A DNA stretch of 64,000 nt from Planctomycetota bacterium (GTDB taxonomy: Bacteria; Planctomycetota; UBA8108; SXIK01), in assembly GCA_965223265.1 (NCBI GenBank), contig OZ244999.1, positions 5,792,001 to 5,856,000 of the forward strand, written 5' to 3'. Shown piece by piece: positions 20,912-31,000 of the stretch. Made by a program: the position numbers and the translations under genes. Under the pieces are notes generated by a model. The model was not told the origin of the DNA and searched no databases. It worked only from the letters and a program-made list of their open reading frames with translations. The stretch's first letter is position 1; every line of letters begins with the position of its first letter.

Positions 20912-22513
20912 ATGCGACCGCAACTCTCGACGCTCCTTCTTAGCGTAGCCTTGACGATCGTTGGCACGAGCAGCGACGCCCAGGTTCCCCTGACGACGAT
21001 CCGAGTCGCGTCAGGACTCGAAAAGCCGGTTCAGGCCACAGCGCCGGCAGGCGATTGCGAGCGCATCTTCATCGTCGATCAGTCGGGTCAAATCCTCGTC
21101 CTGAGCCAGGAACAGTTCGGTGCTACGCCAACGCAGATGTTTCTCGATATCTCATCGAAGGTCGCCCCGCCGGACCGCATTTGGCACGACCGCAGCGAGC
21201 AGGGACTTCTCAGCATGGCGTTCCACCCGAGCTATGACGAGAACGGCTATTTCTACGTCCACTATATCGAGACCGGTCCTGACCTCGATCCCGAGGCGAT
21301 CATCATCGGGGACTCGGTCATCGCTCGCTATTCCGTCTCCGGCGACCCGAACGTCGCTCTCGCCGAGAGCGAGGAACGCGTCCTCGTCGTCGACAACAAC
21401 ACTGAAAACCACAACGGCGGCATGATCGCCTTTTCACCGAACGACGGCTTTCTCTATATATCACTGGGAATCATGAGCGGCTCAGGGCCGGAAGGCCTCG
21501 ACCTATCGCTCCTGCAGGGAAAGCTCCTGCGCCTCGATGTGAACAGCGACGACTTTCCTGATGAAGAGGATCGCAACTACGCCATACCCACAACCAATCC
21601 ATTCGTCGGTGTCGAGGGAGCCCGCGGCGAGATCTGGTCACAAGGGCTGCGCAATCCCTGGCGCTTTTCGTTCGACAGGGACACGGGCGATCTCTATCTC
21701 GGCGATGTCGGCGGTGGGACGCGCGAAGAGCTCAACTTTCAACTTGGAACCAGCGTCGGCGGTGAGAACTACGGCTTCAACACCTACGAAGGCACGGTGT
21801 GTCGCAGCGGCGACGGCTGCGACCCAGATGGCGTGACGTTCCCTGTTCTTGAGCGCGAGCATACCTCGAACGTCAAGGAGTCGATTATCGGCGGATATGT
21901 CTACCGTGGTGACCGCATTCCCGACCTTGTGGGCACGTACATCTACGGTGACTGGTGGGTCGAAGGTTCAACGTCGGAGCCAGTGCCCGACGGCATGTCG
22001 AAGTTTTGGTCGCTGCGCATGGTCAACGGCGAAGTGACAGAGCACCAAGAGCGTACGGACGAGTTTGACCCCGGCGACGGACTGACGATCAGCAACCTGA
22101 CTTCGTTCGGCGAAGACGGCACCGGTGAGATCTATATCTGCGCACGCGCCGACGTCGACACACTCGGCCAGGGGACAGGAGAGGTCTACAAGATCGTCGC
22201 CGCCGACGACACTGAACCGATGACGATCTGCCCGACGGTTGACGATGAATTCACCCGCGGTGACTGCAACAACGACGGCGAGCTGGACATCTCCGACGGC
22301 GTCTTCAACCTGATCGTGCTCTTCTTCTCCGATCGCCCACCGGAGTGCGCCGAGGCCTGCAACGCCAACAACGACGCACAGAACGACGTCTCAGACGCCC
22401 TCTTTGTGTTCAACTATCTGTTTGTCGGTGGCGCCGAACTCGAGGCACCGTTCCCAACCTGCGGCAGCGATGCCGGCGACAGCCTCGGATGCGTGCAGGG
22501 CGCCTGCGACTGA
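20912..22513 (+). CDS. Soluble PQQ-dependent sugar dehydrogenase (GSDH) family protein with C-terminal dockerin-like domain
   Basis: EQGLLSMAFHP; NHNGG; GLRNPWRFSFD; C-terminal RGDCNNDGELDISD..NANNDAQNDVSD. Confidence 0.9.
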   Translation: MRPQLSTLLLSVALTIVGTSSDAQVPLTTIRVASGLEKPVQATAPAGDCERIFIVDQSGQILVLSQEQFGATPTQMFLDISSKVAPPDRIWHDRSEQGLLSMAFHPSYDENGYFYVHYIETGPDLDPEAIIIGDSVIARYSVSGDPNVALAESEERVLVVDNNTENHNGGMIAFSPNDGFLYISLGIMSGSGPEGLDLSLLQGKLLRLDVNSDDFPDEEDRNYAIPTTNPFVGVEGARGEIWSQGLRNPWRFSFDRDTGDLYLGDVGGGTREELNFQLGTSVGGENYGFNTYEGTVCRSGDGCDPDGVTFPVLEREHTSNVKESIIGGYVYRGDRIPDLVGTYIYGDWWVEGSTSEPVPDGMSKFWSLRMVNGEVTEHQERTDEFDPGDGLTISNLTSFGEDGTGEIYICARADVDTLGQGTGEVYKIVAADDTEPMTICPTVDDEFTRGDCNNDGELDISDGVFNLIVLFFSDRPPECAEACNANNDAQNDVSDALFVFNYLFVGGAELEAPFPTCGSDAGDSLGCVQGACD

Positions 22514-22706
22514 GAGTTCGAGCTTGGCGTAGACATCGTAACTTCGGCGCGAGGCGAACCCGTTCAAGATCCGGACGCGATCACTGAATGGTCGCGGCAC
22601 GAAATGCGAGACCGAGCTTGAGGTAGCATCCAATGAAGCGGCACGTTCTTTGCGCTCTCGGATGCAGCATTGTCCTGATACCGTGCCCGACCGCAGCGGA
22701 TAGTCC

Positions 22707-23404
22707 ATGCTCCCCGAGCTAAGCCGCGTCGTGGTCATCGGAACCAGCGGCGCAGGAAAAACGACCTTAGCCCGTCGCCTTGCCGCCGCCCTCGGTTCAC
22801 CGCACATCGAGCTGGCAGCCCGTTGAAAAGTCATTCGGCCGAGAAACTGGCCTCTTCACGCCCAGATCGACCGCGGCGAGCCTCGAAAATCTCGGAGATT
22901 ACCTACGTTCGCCGCGGCCGATCTGGACGCGAAGCGACCAGTTTTCGACTCGAAGCACTTTTCAACAGGCTGCTAGATCAACTGTACTGGAACCCTGGCT
23001 GGGAGCCTACGCCAGCCGACGAGTTCTCAGAACTTCTGGCGACCAAGCTCGCCAGTCCCAACTGGGTCGTCGATGGAAACTACTGCGACTATCGTGCTCA
23101 GATCTGGGACATAGCGACAGCCGTTGTCTGGCTCAACTATCCGTTTCGTCGAACCTTCAGCAGACTTCTACTCCGAACGCTCAAGAGGTCGCTATGCCGC
23201 GAAGAGATCTGCGGCGGCAATCGAGAGGCGCTCTTTACCAAGGAATCCATCCTCTGGTGGGCGATCACGTCCGACCCGAAGAATCGGCGGGCTTACCGTC
23301 GTGCATTCGATGTGGAGTACCGTCACTTGGCGCGGTTCGAGTTTCGTCGTCCGGTGGAGACTGACGCTTTCGCCGGCAACCTCAGCAGCGAGTACCATAG
23401 ATGA
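22707..23404 (+). pseudogene. Adenylate kinase-related / FlaR-like P-loop kinase, disrupted by a MITE
   Basis: MLPELSRVVVIGTSGAGKTTLARRLAAALGSPHIEL (22707-22814) resumes as LDQLYWNPGW..WVVDGNY..VVWLNYP at 22973 in another frame; the 161-bp insert brings a TGA at 22824. Confidence 0.9.
22816..22972 (+). mobile_element. MITE family A, full copy (157 bp)
   Basis: TIRs CAGCCCGTTGAAAAGT ... ACTTTTCAACAGGCTG; flanks CTGG and CTAG; extended internal palindromy. Confidence 0.85.
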
Positions 23405-23507
23405 GGCTCGACCGCACGCTGACGATGCTGGCGCAGCGATCAGGTCGCTCGGGCTCCACGGATCACCTTCGTTTCACACACGCTTCCACACGGTGAACAG
23501 AAGCTCA

Positions 23508-23801
23508 ATGCTTCCCCGAATTCTCATCGCATTAGTGATCGTTGCCGCGATCGTCTACGTGTTCCGACCGAAGCCGCGATTCATCGTTCGCATCCGAGAC
23601 GGCCGGCCGATCGCGACGCGCGGGAAAGTACCCGCCGCTTTCCTCGCCGATTGTCAACGTGCACTGGATGAGTTGAACATTCACGGAGGCACGATCAAAG
23701 GTTACGGCCCACCGCATCGCACGACGCTAAAATTCTCTCGGCAGATTCCGGTGGCAGACCACCAAAGCCTCCGAAACGTGTGGCATCTTTACTCGCGATA
23801 G
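23508..23801 (+). CDS. DUF3634 family small membrane protein
   Basis: N-terminal TM; FIVRIRDG..GKVPAAFL..GTIKG..LKFSRQIP..QSLRNVW. Confidence 0.8.
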   Translation: MLPRILIALVIVAAIVYVFRPKPRFIVRIRDGRPIATRGKVPAAFLADCQRALDELNIHGGTIKGYGPPHRTTLKFSRQIPVADHQSLRNVWHLYSR

Positions 23802-23968
23802 TCGCCGACAGAGCCGCAGAGGACGCTCGGTTCGTCCCTGTGGCGTTTCCACGGGAGACCGACCGAGAGAGCTCATTGACCCGCACGGGCGTCCAGGCTC
23901 GAGCGCTCGATGCGGCACACAAACGGCGCTTCAAGGCACTCTTCTGGAGAGGTGGGAACGCAATGGCC

Positions 23969-24070
23969 GTGGAAAAAATATCACCTCGGAGTTCGCAGCG
24001 CCTGTAAATCGCAGTTTACCTGCCCTTCTTTTCGTACATCTCGTAACCATAAATCATCCAGCCACTTACG
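23969..24070 (+). promoter_or_regulatory. Candidate enhancer (UAS) dyads plus a DNA-bending-protein site upstream of the sigma54 promoter
   Basis: GTGGAAAAAATATCAC (23969-23984), GTAAATCGCAGTTTAC (24004-24019), and CGTAA-N19-TTACG containing AAATCA (24042-24070). Confidence 0.45.
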
Positions 24071-24085
24071 CCCCCAACTGAGACG

Positions 24086-24101
24086 TGGCACTCGGATTGC
24101 T
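24086..24101 (+). promoter_or_regulatory. Sigma54 (-24/-12) promoter
   Basis: TGGCACTCGGATTGCT has exact GG-N10-GC spacing and matches TGGCAC-N5-TTGCW, about 95 bp before the ATG at 24195 (AAGGAGG RBS). Confidence 0.8.
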
Positions 24102-24194
24102 CTTTCCGCGCTCCATGACGTCACAGGCGGTCCGTTCCGCGTCGGCGGACGGACAGCGACCTGAGCCGTCGAACTCTTTCCAAGGAGGTCGAAG

Positions 24195-26156
24195 ATGCAG
24201 CGATGGAGCTTACGGACTCTGACATGCGTGGGGGCGCTGTGGATCTCGGGAGGATTCATCGTCTACGGCGACGATGATGACGGCCGCAAGAGCCAACTCT
24301 CCCCGCCCGATGGTAGCGGGCTACCAGACGCTGTGGGAGTCGTCGAGCTCGATCAGAGCGAGCTCGAAATCAAGGTCAAGAATCTCGCACCGGCGGCGGC
24401 CTACGGTGTATTTCTGGACGATGGCACCGGCGCGCTGGTCGAGGTCGGCGTCGTCACGACCAACGAGAGCGGCGAAGGAGAAATCGAGTTCGAAGGCGGC
24501 GGCGTGGGCGGAACCGGCGGCTCCACCGGCGAGGATGGAAGCGACGGTAGCGAAGATGACGACGATGGTGATGATGACGGTGACGACGAAGCTCCTCTAC
24601 CTTTCGGTGTTACATCGGGCGATCAGCTAGCGGGCCGCGCTATCGAAGTCCGCGACGCCGACGGCGCCGTGGTCCTCGCCGGGTTGACCCCCGACCTCAG
24701 GTTCAACAACGACGACCAAGAAGGAAAGATCTTGCTGTCACCTCCTGAGCCCACCGGGGACAACGATCCCAGCGGCGAGATGGAGCTTCGCCAACAGAAC
24801 GGCCGGATTCGCATCAAGGTGGAAATCGAGCGTCTCGACGCCGTGATCGCGTACGAAGTCATTCTCACGAATCCAGCGACCGGTGAGTCAGTGTCGCTTG
24901 GTGTGATCACGACCGACGAGAACGGTGAAGGTCAGATGCGAGTCGATACCGCTCAAGGCGATCCCGTCCCGTTCGGTGTCGGAAGCGTGAGCGAGCTGCT
25001 GAACTTCGAAATTGCCGTGAACGATCCAGACGGCAATTCCGTGCTTGTGGGCACCGTCGACAGCGTCGAAGAGAAGCCCGAGGAAAAGGAGGAGGGCGAG
25101 AAAGAAGGCGAAAGTTGCTTAGCCTCCGACGATCCCGAATCTTCGGCACATGGTGAAGTCGAGATCGAAGTACACGCCGACGGAGAAGAAAAGTTCGAAG
25201 TTGAGGTCGAACGCGTTGATGCGTCAAGCGTGTTCGACGTGATCCTCACGGACGACACCGGTACCTCCGCCTCTGCGGGTCAACTGACGACGAACGCCGA
25301 AGGACGCGGCGAGCTGCAGCTGAAATCAGGGGACTCGCTTCCGTTCGGAGCTGCAAGTGTCACGGAGCTGAGCGGACTGGCTGTGGCGGTCGTCGATGCC
25401 GCCGGCAGCACCGTTCTCAGCGGCACCGTGGCCGACCTCGGAACCGACGCCGATTGTGACGGAGACGATGATGATGGGGACGATGGAGACAACAACGCGC
25501 CGCGTCTCGACGTCGAGCCTCAAATCGACGCTGAGGGCGAGGAGCTCGAGATCGAACTGGAGCACGTCGCAGCCGACACTCTCTTCACCATTCAGATCAC
25601 CGCTGCTGACGGTAGCGTGCAGGACATCGGCGCCATCGCCACCGACGTCGAGGGAAGGGGCGAGCTGAAGTTCGATACGGAGGATGGGGATGCTCTGCCT
25701 CTGGGCGCCGCGAGCGTCTCGGAGCTCGAAGGCCTCGAGGTGTCTGCCGTGAGTCCTGAGGGCGAAGTCGTCGCGAGCGCCGTAGTGCCAGCGCCGATCG
25801 TTGACGTCTCAGGCGACGGCATGGTGGTCGCGGCGCTGGAAATTGACCCGTTCGCCGTGATCGGCCCCTTCGACGCTGCATTTCTGCGCGGCGACTCAAA
25901 CTCCGACCTTGCCGTCGACATCAGCGACCCCATTTTCACGCTGATCTATCTGTTCGCCGGCGGCACGGTAAGGCCACTCTGCCTTGACGCGGCCGACAGT
26001 AACGATGACGGCGGCCTCGACATCGCCGACCCCGTCGCCAGCTTGAATCTGCTCTTCTCGGAAGGCGCTTCAGCCGTGCCGGAGCCAGGTATGTTCATCC
26101 CAGGATTCGATCCGACCCCGGATCTGCTTCACTGCGAAGAATCTCCGACGCTCTGA
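24195..26156 (+). CDS. Secreted acidic protein with four tandem beta-sandwich-like repeats and a C-terminal dockerin-like domain
   Basis: Signal peptide; 4x (E.E.E....Y/F.V.L....G...T...GEG/GRGE....LPFG..S..EL.G...V....G.VL.G); RGDSNSDLAVDISD..DSNDDGGLDIAD. Confidence 0.85.
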   Translation: MQRWSLRTLTCVGALWISGGFIVYGDDDDGRKSQLSPPDGSGLPDAVGVVELDQSELEIKVKNLAPAAAYGVFLDDGTGALVEVGVVTTNESGEGEIEFEGGGVGGTGGSTGEDGSDGSEDDDDGDDDGDDEAPLPFGVTSGDQLAGRAIEVRDADGAVVLAGLTPDLRFNNDDQEGKILLSPPEPTGDNDPSGEMELRQQNGRIRIKVEIERLDAVIAYEVILTNPATGESVSLGVITTDENGEGQMRVDTAQGDPVPFGVGSVSELLNFEIAVNDPDGNSVLVGTVDSVEEKPEEKEEGEKEGESCLASDDPESSAHGEVEIEVHADGEEKFEVEVERVDASSVFDVILTDDTGTSASAGQLTTNAEGRGELQLKSGDSLPFGAASVTELSGLAVAVVDAAGSTVLSGTVADLGTDADCDGDDDDGDDGDNNAPRLDVEPQIDAEGEELEIELEHVAADTLFTIQITAADGSVQDIGAIATDVEGRGELKFDTEDGDALPLGAASVSELEGLEVSAVSPEGEVVASAVVPAPIVDVSGDGMVVAALEIDPFAVIGPFDAAFLRGDSNSDLAVDISDPIFTLIYLFAGGTVRPLCLDAADSNDDGGLDIADPVASLNLLFSEGASAVPEPGMFIPGFDPTPDLLHCEESPTL

Positions 26157-26373
26157 TCGATTGCGAAAAATCTCCCTCGTAGAAGCGCACCATGGGCGCG
26201 CAGGCAGATGGCCGAAGTGTCTTCGCCTGCGCGCCTGATTGTGTTTTTCATTCGGAGGAGTTTCGCGCCGTGTTAGCTCGCGAACAAGCCAACGGGCTCT
26301 TTGCTTTCTCTCGAGGTCTTCGTCAACTTACTGTAGAATCGTTCCTCGCCGGGCCATTACGAAGGAGTGCTTG

Positions 26374-27759
26374 ATGAGCAATTCACGACTTTGTCGAACT
26401 GCTCGCTTGACTGGATACATTCTCTTCTGCTCTGCATTCCAGCTGATCCAGCCGACGACACCACTCAGAGCCGACGAGGGGCCGTCTGACGACCAGGAGT
26501 CCGGACCAGCCGTAGAGTTCTTTTTGCCTCTGGTGAGCGCTGCCCCTGGAGAACTCCTTGAGGTTCCTTTCCAGGTGAAGAGTAACGTACCGCTCTCCAT
26601 GATTGCGTGGAGCCTCGAGTACGATGCGAACGTCTTAGAATTCCTTGAACCGTCACTAACTCCGGCAACCAAAGCCCTCATGGACTCGCATGCCACTGTA
26701 GAGTCGTCTTTCGAGTGGTTTGAGGAAGCTGAGGAAGAGGAAGAAGAAGAGGAAAGTGATGAGTTCGACGCCGCTGCAGGGCTCTCAGGCGCGCAATTGG
26801 TCCCTCCGATCGAAACCACTGCGAGTGGCGAGGTCCGAATCGAATTGGAGGATGGCAAGTTCTCGGTCGATCTCAAGGTGGCGAACATCGCCAACGTCAC
26901 CCGCGCCGAGATCTGCCTTGGAGAGTCCGGAGAGAACGGACCAACCGTGGCCGTCGTGGAAGTATTTGACGGTGACGGAATCACAGTGGCCGGCGAGGAG
27001 AAGATCGCCGAAGTTGATCTCGAAGAGTCCGACCTGCTGCCGATTCCAGAATTTGGTTTCGACGGCACGATCGAAGCGCTGATCGAGCGGATGAACTCTG
27101 AGACCGCCTACGTCGTCGTGCGGACCCTCAGCAACCCGGACGGCGAGCTGCGCGGCCAGCTCGCTCCAAAGGAAGAAGAAGCTGAGCGTTGGCTTCAGGT
27201 CTCAGTCGTGACGGATCTTTTGGGTCGCGAGGAGTTTTCGATTCCCGCGGACGAGCTCTTCGACGTCGCGATTCTAAGGTTTCGCGTTGCAGAGGATGCC
27301 CAGGAGGGGAGTTACGATCTGGAGTTCAGCGCCCCTGAAAGCGCAACGTTTGACGGCAACTTCCACGATGGAACAGACATCGTTTTCAATGTCGTGCAAC
27401 CAGAAGGCCAGGCGATCGATGCGTCCAATGTCGTCCTGGGTTCGAGTCCGGCGAACGTCAACAATGGCACGGTGCTTCTCTCGATTATCGGCGACATCCA
27501 AATTCTCCGCGGCGGGGACTCCAATGGAGACGGGGAGATCGACATCTCAGACGCGATCAACATCTTACAGTTTCTTTTTAGCCCAGGCGGCCTGATCTCG
27601 TGCATGGCAGCCGCCGACGCCAACCGCGACGGACTGGTTGACATCAGCGACGCGATCCAAGTGCTGAACTATCTCTTCTCGCCAGAGTCTGCCTGGTCTC
27701 CTGCAGAATTGACGCCATCCGGCCCTTTCCCCACAGGACCCGAGTGTTACTCTCTCTGA
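26374..27759 (+). CDS. Secreted cohesin-like protein with an inserted CHRD domain and a C-terminal dockerin-like domain
   Basis: VSAAPGELLEVPF..SLEYDANVLEF and LRFRVAEDAQEGSYDLEF (cohesin-like); LSGAQLVPP..TASG..NGP..AYVVVRT..NPDGELRGQL (CHRD); GDSNGDGEIDISD. Confidence 0.75.
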   Translation: MSNSRLCRTARLTGYILFCSAFQLIQPTTPLRADEGPSDDQESGPAVEFFLPLVSAAPGELLEVPFQVKSNVPLSMIAWSLEYDANVLEFLEPSLTPATKALMDSHATVESSFEWFEEAEEEEEEEESDEFDAAAGLSGAQLVPPIETTASGEVRIELEDGKFSVDLKVANIANVTRAEICLGESGENGPTVAVVEVFDGDGITVAGEEKIAEVDLEESDLLPIPEFGFDGTIEALIERMNSETAYVVVRTLSNPDGELRGQLAPKEEEAERWLQVSVVTDLLGREEFSIPADELFDVAILRFRVAEDAQEGSYDLEFSAPESATFDGNFHDGTDIVFNVVQPEGQAIDASNVVLGSSPANVNNGTVLLSIIGDIQILRGGDSNGDGEIDISDAINILQFLFSPGGLISCMAAADANRDGLVDISDAIQVLNYLFSPESAWSPAELTPSGPFPTGPECYSL

Positions 27760-27804
27760 CGCCGAACGCGACGAACAACAGCCGGAGTACCGACGCTAAC
27801 CTAA

Positions 27805-27984
27805 CAGCCTGCCTGAAAAAGTGCTTCGAGCCGAAGACTGGTCTCTTCGCGTCCAGATCGGCCGCGGCAAACGCAGGCAATCTTCGGGCCCTCTTCTTTC
27901 GATTCTGATGGCGAGTATTGACGCGGCCCGTCTGGGCGTGAAGAGGCCAGTTTCCTCGGCCGAATGACTTTTTCAGGCGGGCTG
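27805..27984 (-). mobile_element. MITE family A, full copy in reverse orientation (about 180 bp)
   Basis: CAGCCTGCCTGAAAAAGTGCTTCGAG ... GGCCGAATGACTTTTTCAGGCGGGCTG; both arms match the 22816 copy inverted; CTAA at the left flank and at 27988-27991. Confidence 0.85.
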
Positions 27985-28074
27985 CTGCTAAGCCACCGCG
28001 TCGTCGTCTATAGCCAGACGAGTGTGGTGCCAAGGCCTGGCCGGGCACTTCGCGAATCTCAACTCCGGTCTCTC

Positions 28075-31000
28075 ATGCGCAAACGAGCGAGGATCCTCAC
28101 CCCCAACCACCCGCGTTACGAAGTCGTCCGACGACTCGGTGCAGGCGGAAGCGGTGCGGTGTTTCTCGCGCGCGATCGGCTGGATGACGACAACGAGGTG
28201 GCGCTCAAAGTTTCGCATGGCGAAGTTGCGCCTGACCAACTGCTCCGCGAGTTCCGCTTGCTGCGTCGTCTGCGGCACTCCGGGATCGCGCGAGCGTTTG
28301 ACTTTGGCCGCCTACGAGACACGAGCCAAGCTTACTTTACACTCGAGTACGTGGCTGGTCCTGATCTCGAGAAGGAGAGCCTGACACTACGGCGGCGGCT
28401 GGCCGAAGGTCACCTCGACGCGGTCATCGACGTCTTCTTACAAGTGGTGAGCGGCCTGAAGTACCTCCACGAGCATGGCCTACTCCACCTCGACGTCAAA
28501 CCCTCCAACGTCGTGTTCGCTGCTGGACAAGCTAAGCTGATTGACTTTGGCCTGTTTCAAAACGCCCGCACACCGGGCTCACTCCCGGGGCGCGGCACCG
28601 TGCACTACACGTCGCCCGAAGTGCTCGATGGCAGGGCTGTCGATCCGCGCGCTGATCTCTACTCGCTGGGGGTTCTTTTCTACCGCACCCTCTCGGGTCG
28701 CTACCCCATCAGCGGTAAGACCATCGGTGAGATCGCAGAGGCCCATCGGCTTCGGACGCCTCCACCACTGCCGAGAATCCCGGAAGGCTTGTCGCGCATC
28801 GTGATGAAGCTCCTTGCCAAGTCACCGCGGCACCGCTTTCAAGATGCCGCAGCCGTCGAGAAGGCGCTCCAAGAATTCCATCCTCTGAAGAGGAAGAGCT
28901 CATCCTCGACTCCCGTAGAAGTGCCGGACTTCGTCGGGCGGAGAAAGGAACTTCGGACGTTCTTCTCCTGGCTCGATTCCCGACTTCAAGGCTCGAATCC
29001 ACGCTTGCTCGTCGTCGAAGGCGAACCTGGTATGGGGAAGACGCGTTTTGTCGACGCTTGCCTCACAGAACTATTGGGGCTGGAGGTCGACGTATTCTCC
29101 CTCTCCGGCCATCAGGTAGAGCAAGGGAATGGACTGGGCTCTCTACTCCAAAAGATGGCGACGGTCTACGGTCTCTCCCGCAAGCAACGCTCACAAAGTC
29201 GGCTCCTACTCACCAGTGTCGGGCTCTCGACCAATAAGAAGAGCCAATGGGAAATTCTCGAGATGGACCTCGAGCAGATCCGGGCCCGCACCTTCCAAGA
29301 AGCGATCCAGTTGTTCGCCGAATGGAGGGATCGTCCAATCGTGCTGATAGTCGACGACTTTCATAAGGCGGATCCTCAGTTGGTTGACTTCATCCGCCGC
29401 CTCGCTAGTGACGACTCCGGTTCTGATGTCACGTCGGGTATCAGCGTTGTGCTGACGCAGCCTGCCGGTTTCTCACATGTAGCTGATTCGGGCGATTCGA
29501 TAGCGAAAAAGATTCGACTGCGGGGGCTGAAGCGAGACGAGATCACTCGCTCACTCGTCCGTCTAGCGGGAACGCTCGGCGAACGCAAGTTGGAACAGGC
29601 CGCGAGATCGAGTCGTGGCAACTTGGAAGTTTTCGTGCACTTGATTCAACAGATCCGATCCGGGCGAAGGGTACCGTCCGCGGGGGCGTTCGACGTTGAA
29701 CGAGTCAGACGGACCCGATTGCTGGCGCTCTCCGATGACGAGCTGAGATTGGTTGTGCTGCTCAGACTGCTCAATCGCCCCACAAGCGGCGCAATGCTTC
29801 GCAAGCTCACGGAATTCAGCAAACCTCGATTCGAGACCGCACGGCGGAGTCTCACGGCCAATGCACTGGTAAGGGCGAGCAACCAGGGCCTCTTTCTTGC
29901 GCCGGATGTGGACGACGAGACCTTGTTCGCACGTCTCGGCGACGAAGAGCTGCGACGCGTCCGAGAAAGGATCGGCAGAGCTCTCAAGGCATCCAAGCAG
30001 AGACTTCACGAAGCTGCGCTCCACTTGATGCTAGGGGGACAAGTGGCAGAAGGCCTCGATTCTGCAAGAGAGGCTGGTAAACGCCTGCATGAATTGGGAA
30101 GAGTCGAGGATGCCTTGCAGCTCTATTCAGTCGCGCTCGATCACGTCGAGACCACAGCTGACAAGTCGTACTTTCTAGAGGCCAAGGGAGATCTACTCAA
30201 CAAGAGCGGTCAGTTCGACGAAGCAGAGCGTGCTTTCGAGGCTCTGGCTGGCCAGAGTGGACTCGCAGCGAACGATGCGCTTCGTGTCAAACGCAAGCTC
30301 GGAGGAGTACACCAGCGGTCGGGCGACAACGACGCAGCGCGCCGTGTGTTCGAAGACGCCATGCACTTGGTAGACACAGTCGATGACATCGACGAGCATC
30401 TCCACCTGCTCAACGAACTAGCGGCTTTGCATCTCTTTCGAGGCGATTTCTCGCAATCGACGACGTTCGCGAACCGCGGTCTGGAACTGCTTGGTAGCGC
30501 CATGGCGAAGCGACTCGAGCCGAGAGTGCACGCCATGCATGACCTGAACTTACGTTCGATCGCGGGCCATATTCTCCTGCGACAATTCGAACACGGCCCA
30601 GCGGCGGAAGAGTTTCTCCATAGCCTCAAAGTTTCTGAACGCATCGGCACGCTGTCCAACACCGCGCTCATACTCAACAACCTGGGCGTAGCGTACTTTC
30701 TCGGGAACCGTCTGCGCGAAGCTCTGCGGGTCTACAATCGCGCTGCCACCTTGGCGCGAAAAATGGGCGACGATACCGCACTCTTCAGTATCTCGTGCAA
30801 CGTGGCGGGAATCCGTGCGCGGTTGGGTGAGATACAAGCCGCGAGAGAGCTCCTCGCGACGATCGAAGAAATGCCTCACCCCCGCCGCTCGAAACGCGCA
30901 CGCCTCTTCTTCCTGCATACGCAGGGGCTGGTTTCCCGTGTGACGCTCCAGGATTCGAAGGCTCTGTGGGACCAAAGCATTCAGCTCGCGGACGAGATCC

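Noticed and set aside
22823-23404. 193-aa ORF from the track
   Set aside because: Chimera: the first 50 codons come from the MITE and the rest is the 3' part of the disrupted kinase.
19452-27984. Repeats considered as a CRISPR array or tRNA-like genes
   Set aside because: They are dispersed kilobases apart, have TIRs and target-like flanks, and show no spacer periodicity, cas genes or cloverleaf motifs.
27964-28074. N-terminal extension of the kinase-bEBP ORF
   Set aside because: It starts inside the MITE terminal repeat; the ATG at 28075 just before the kinase domain is more plausible.
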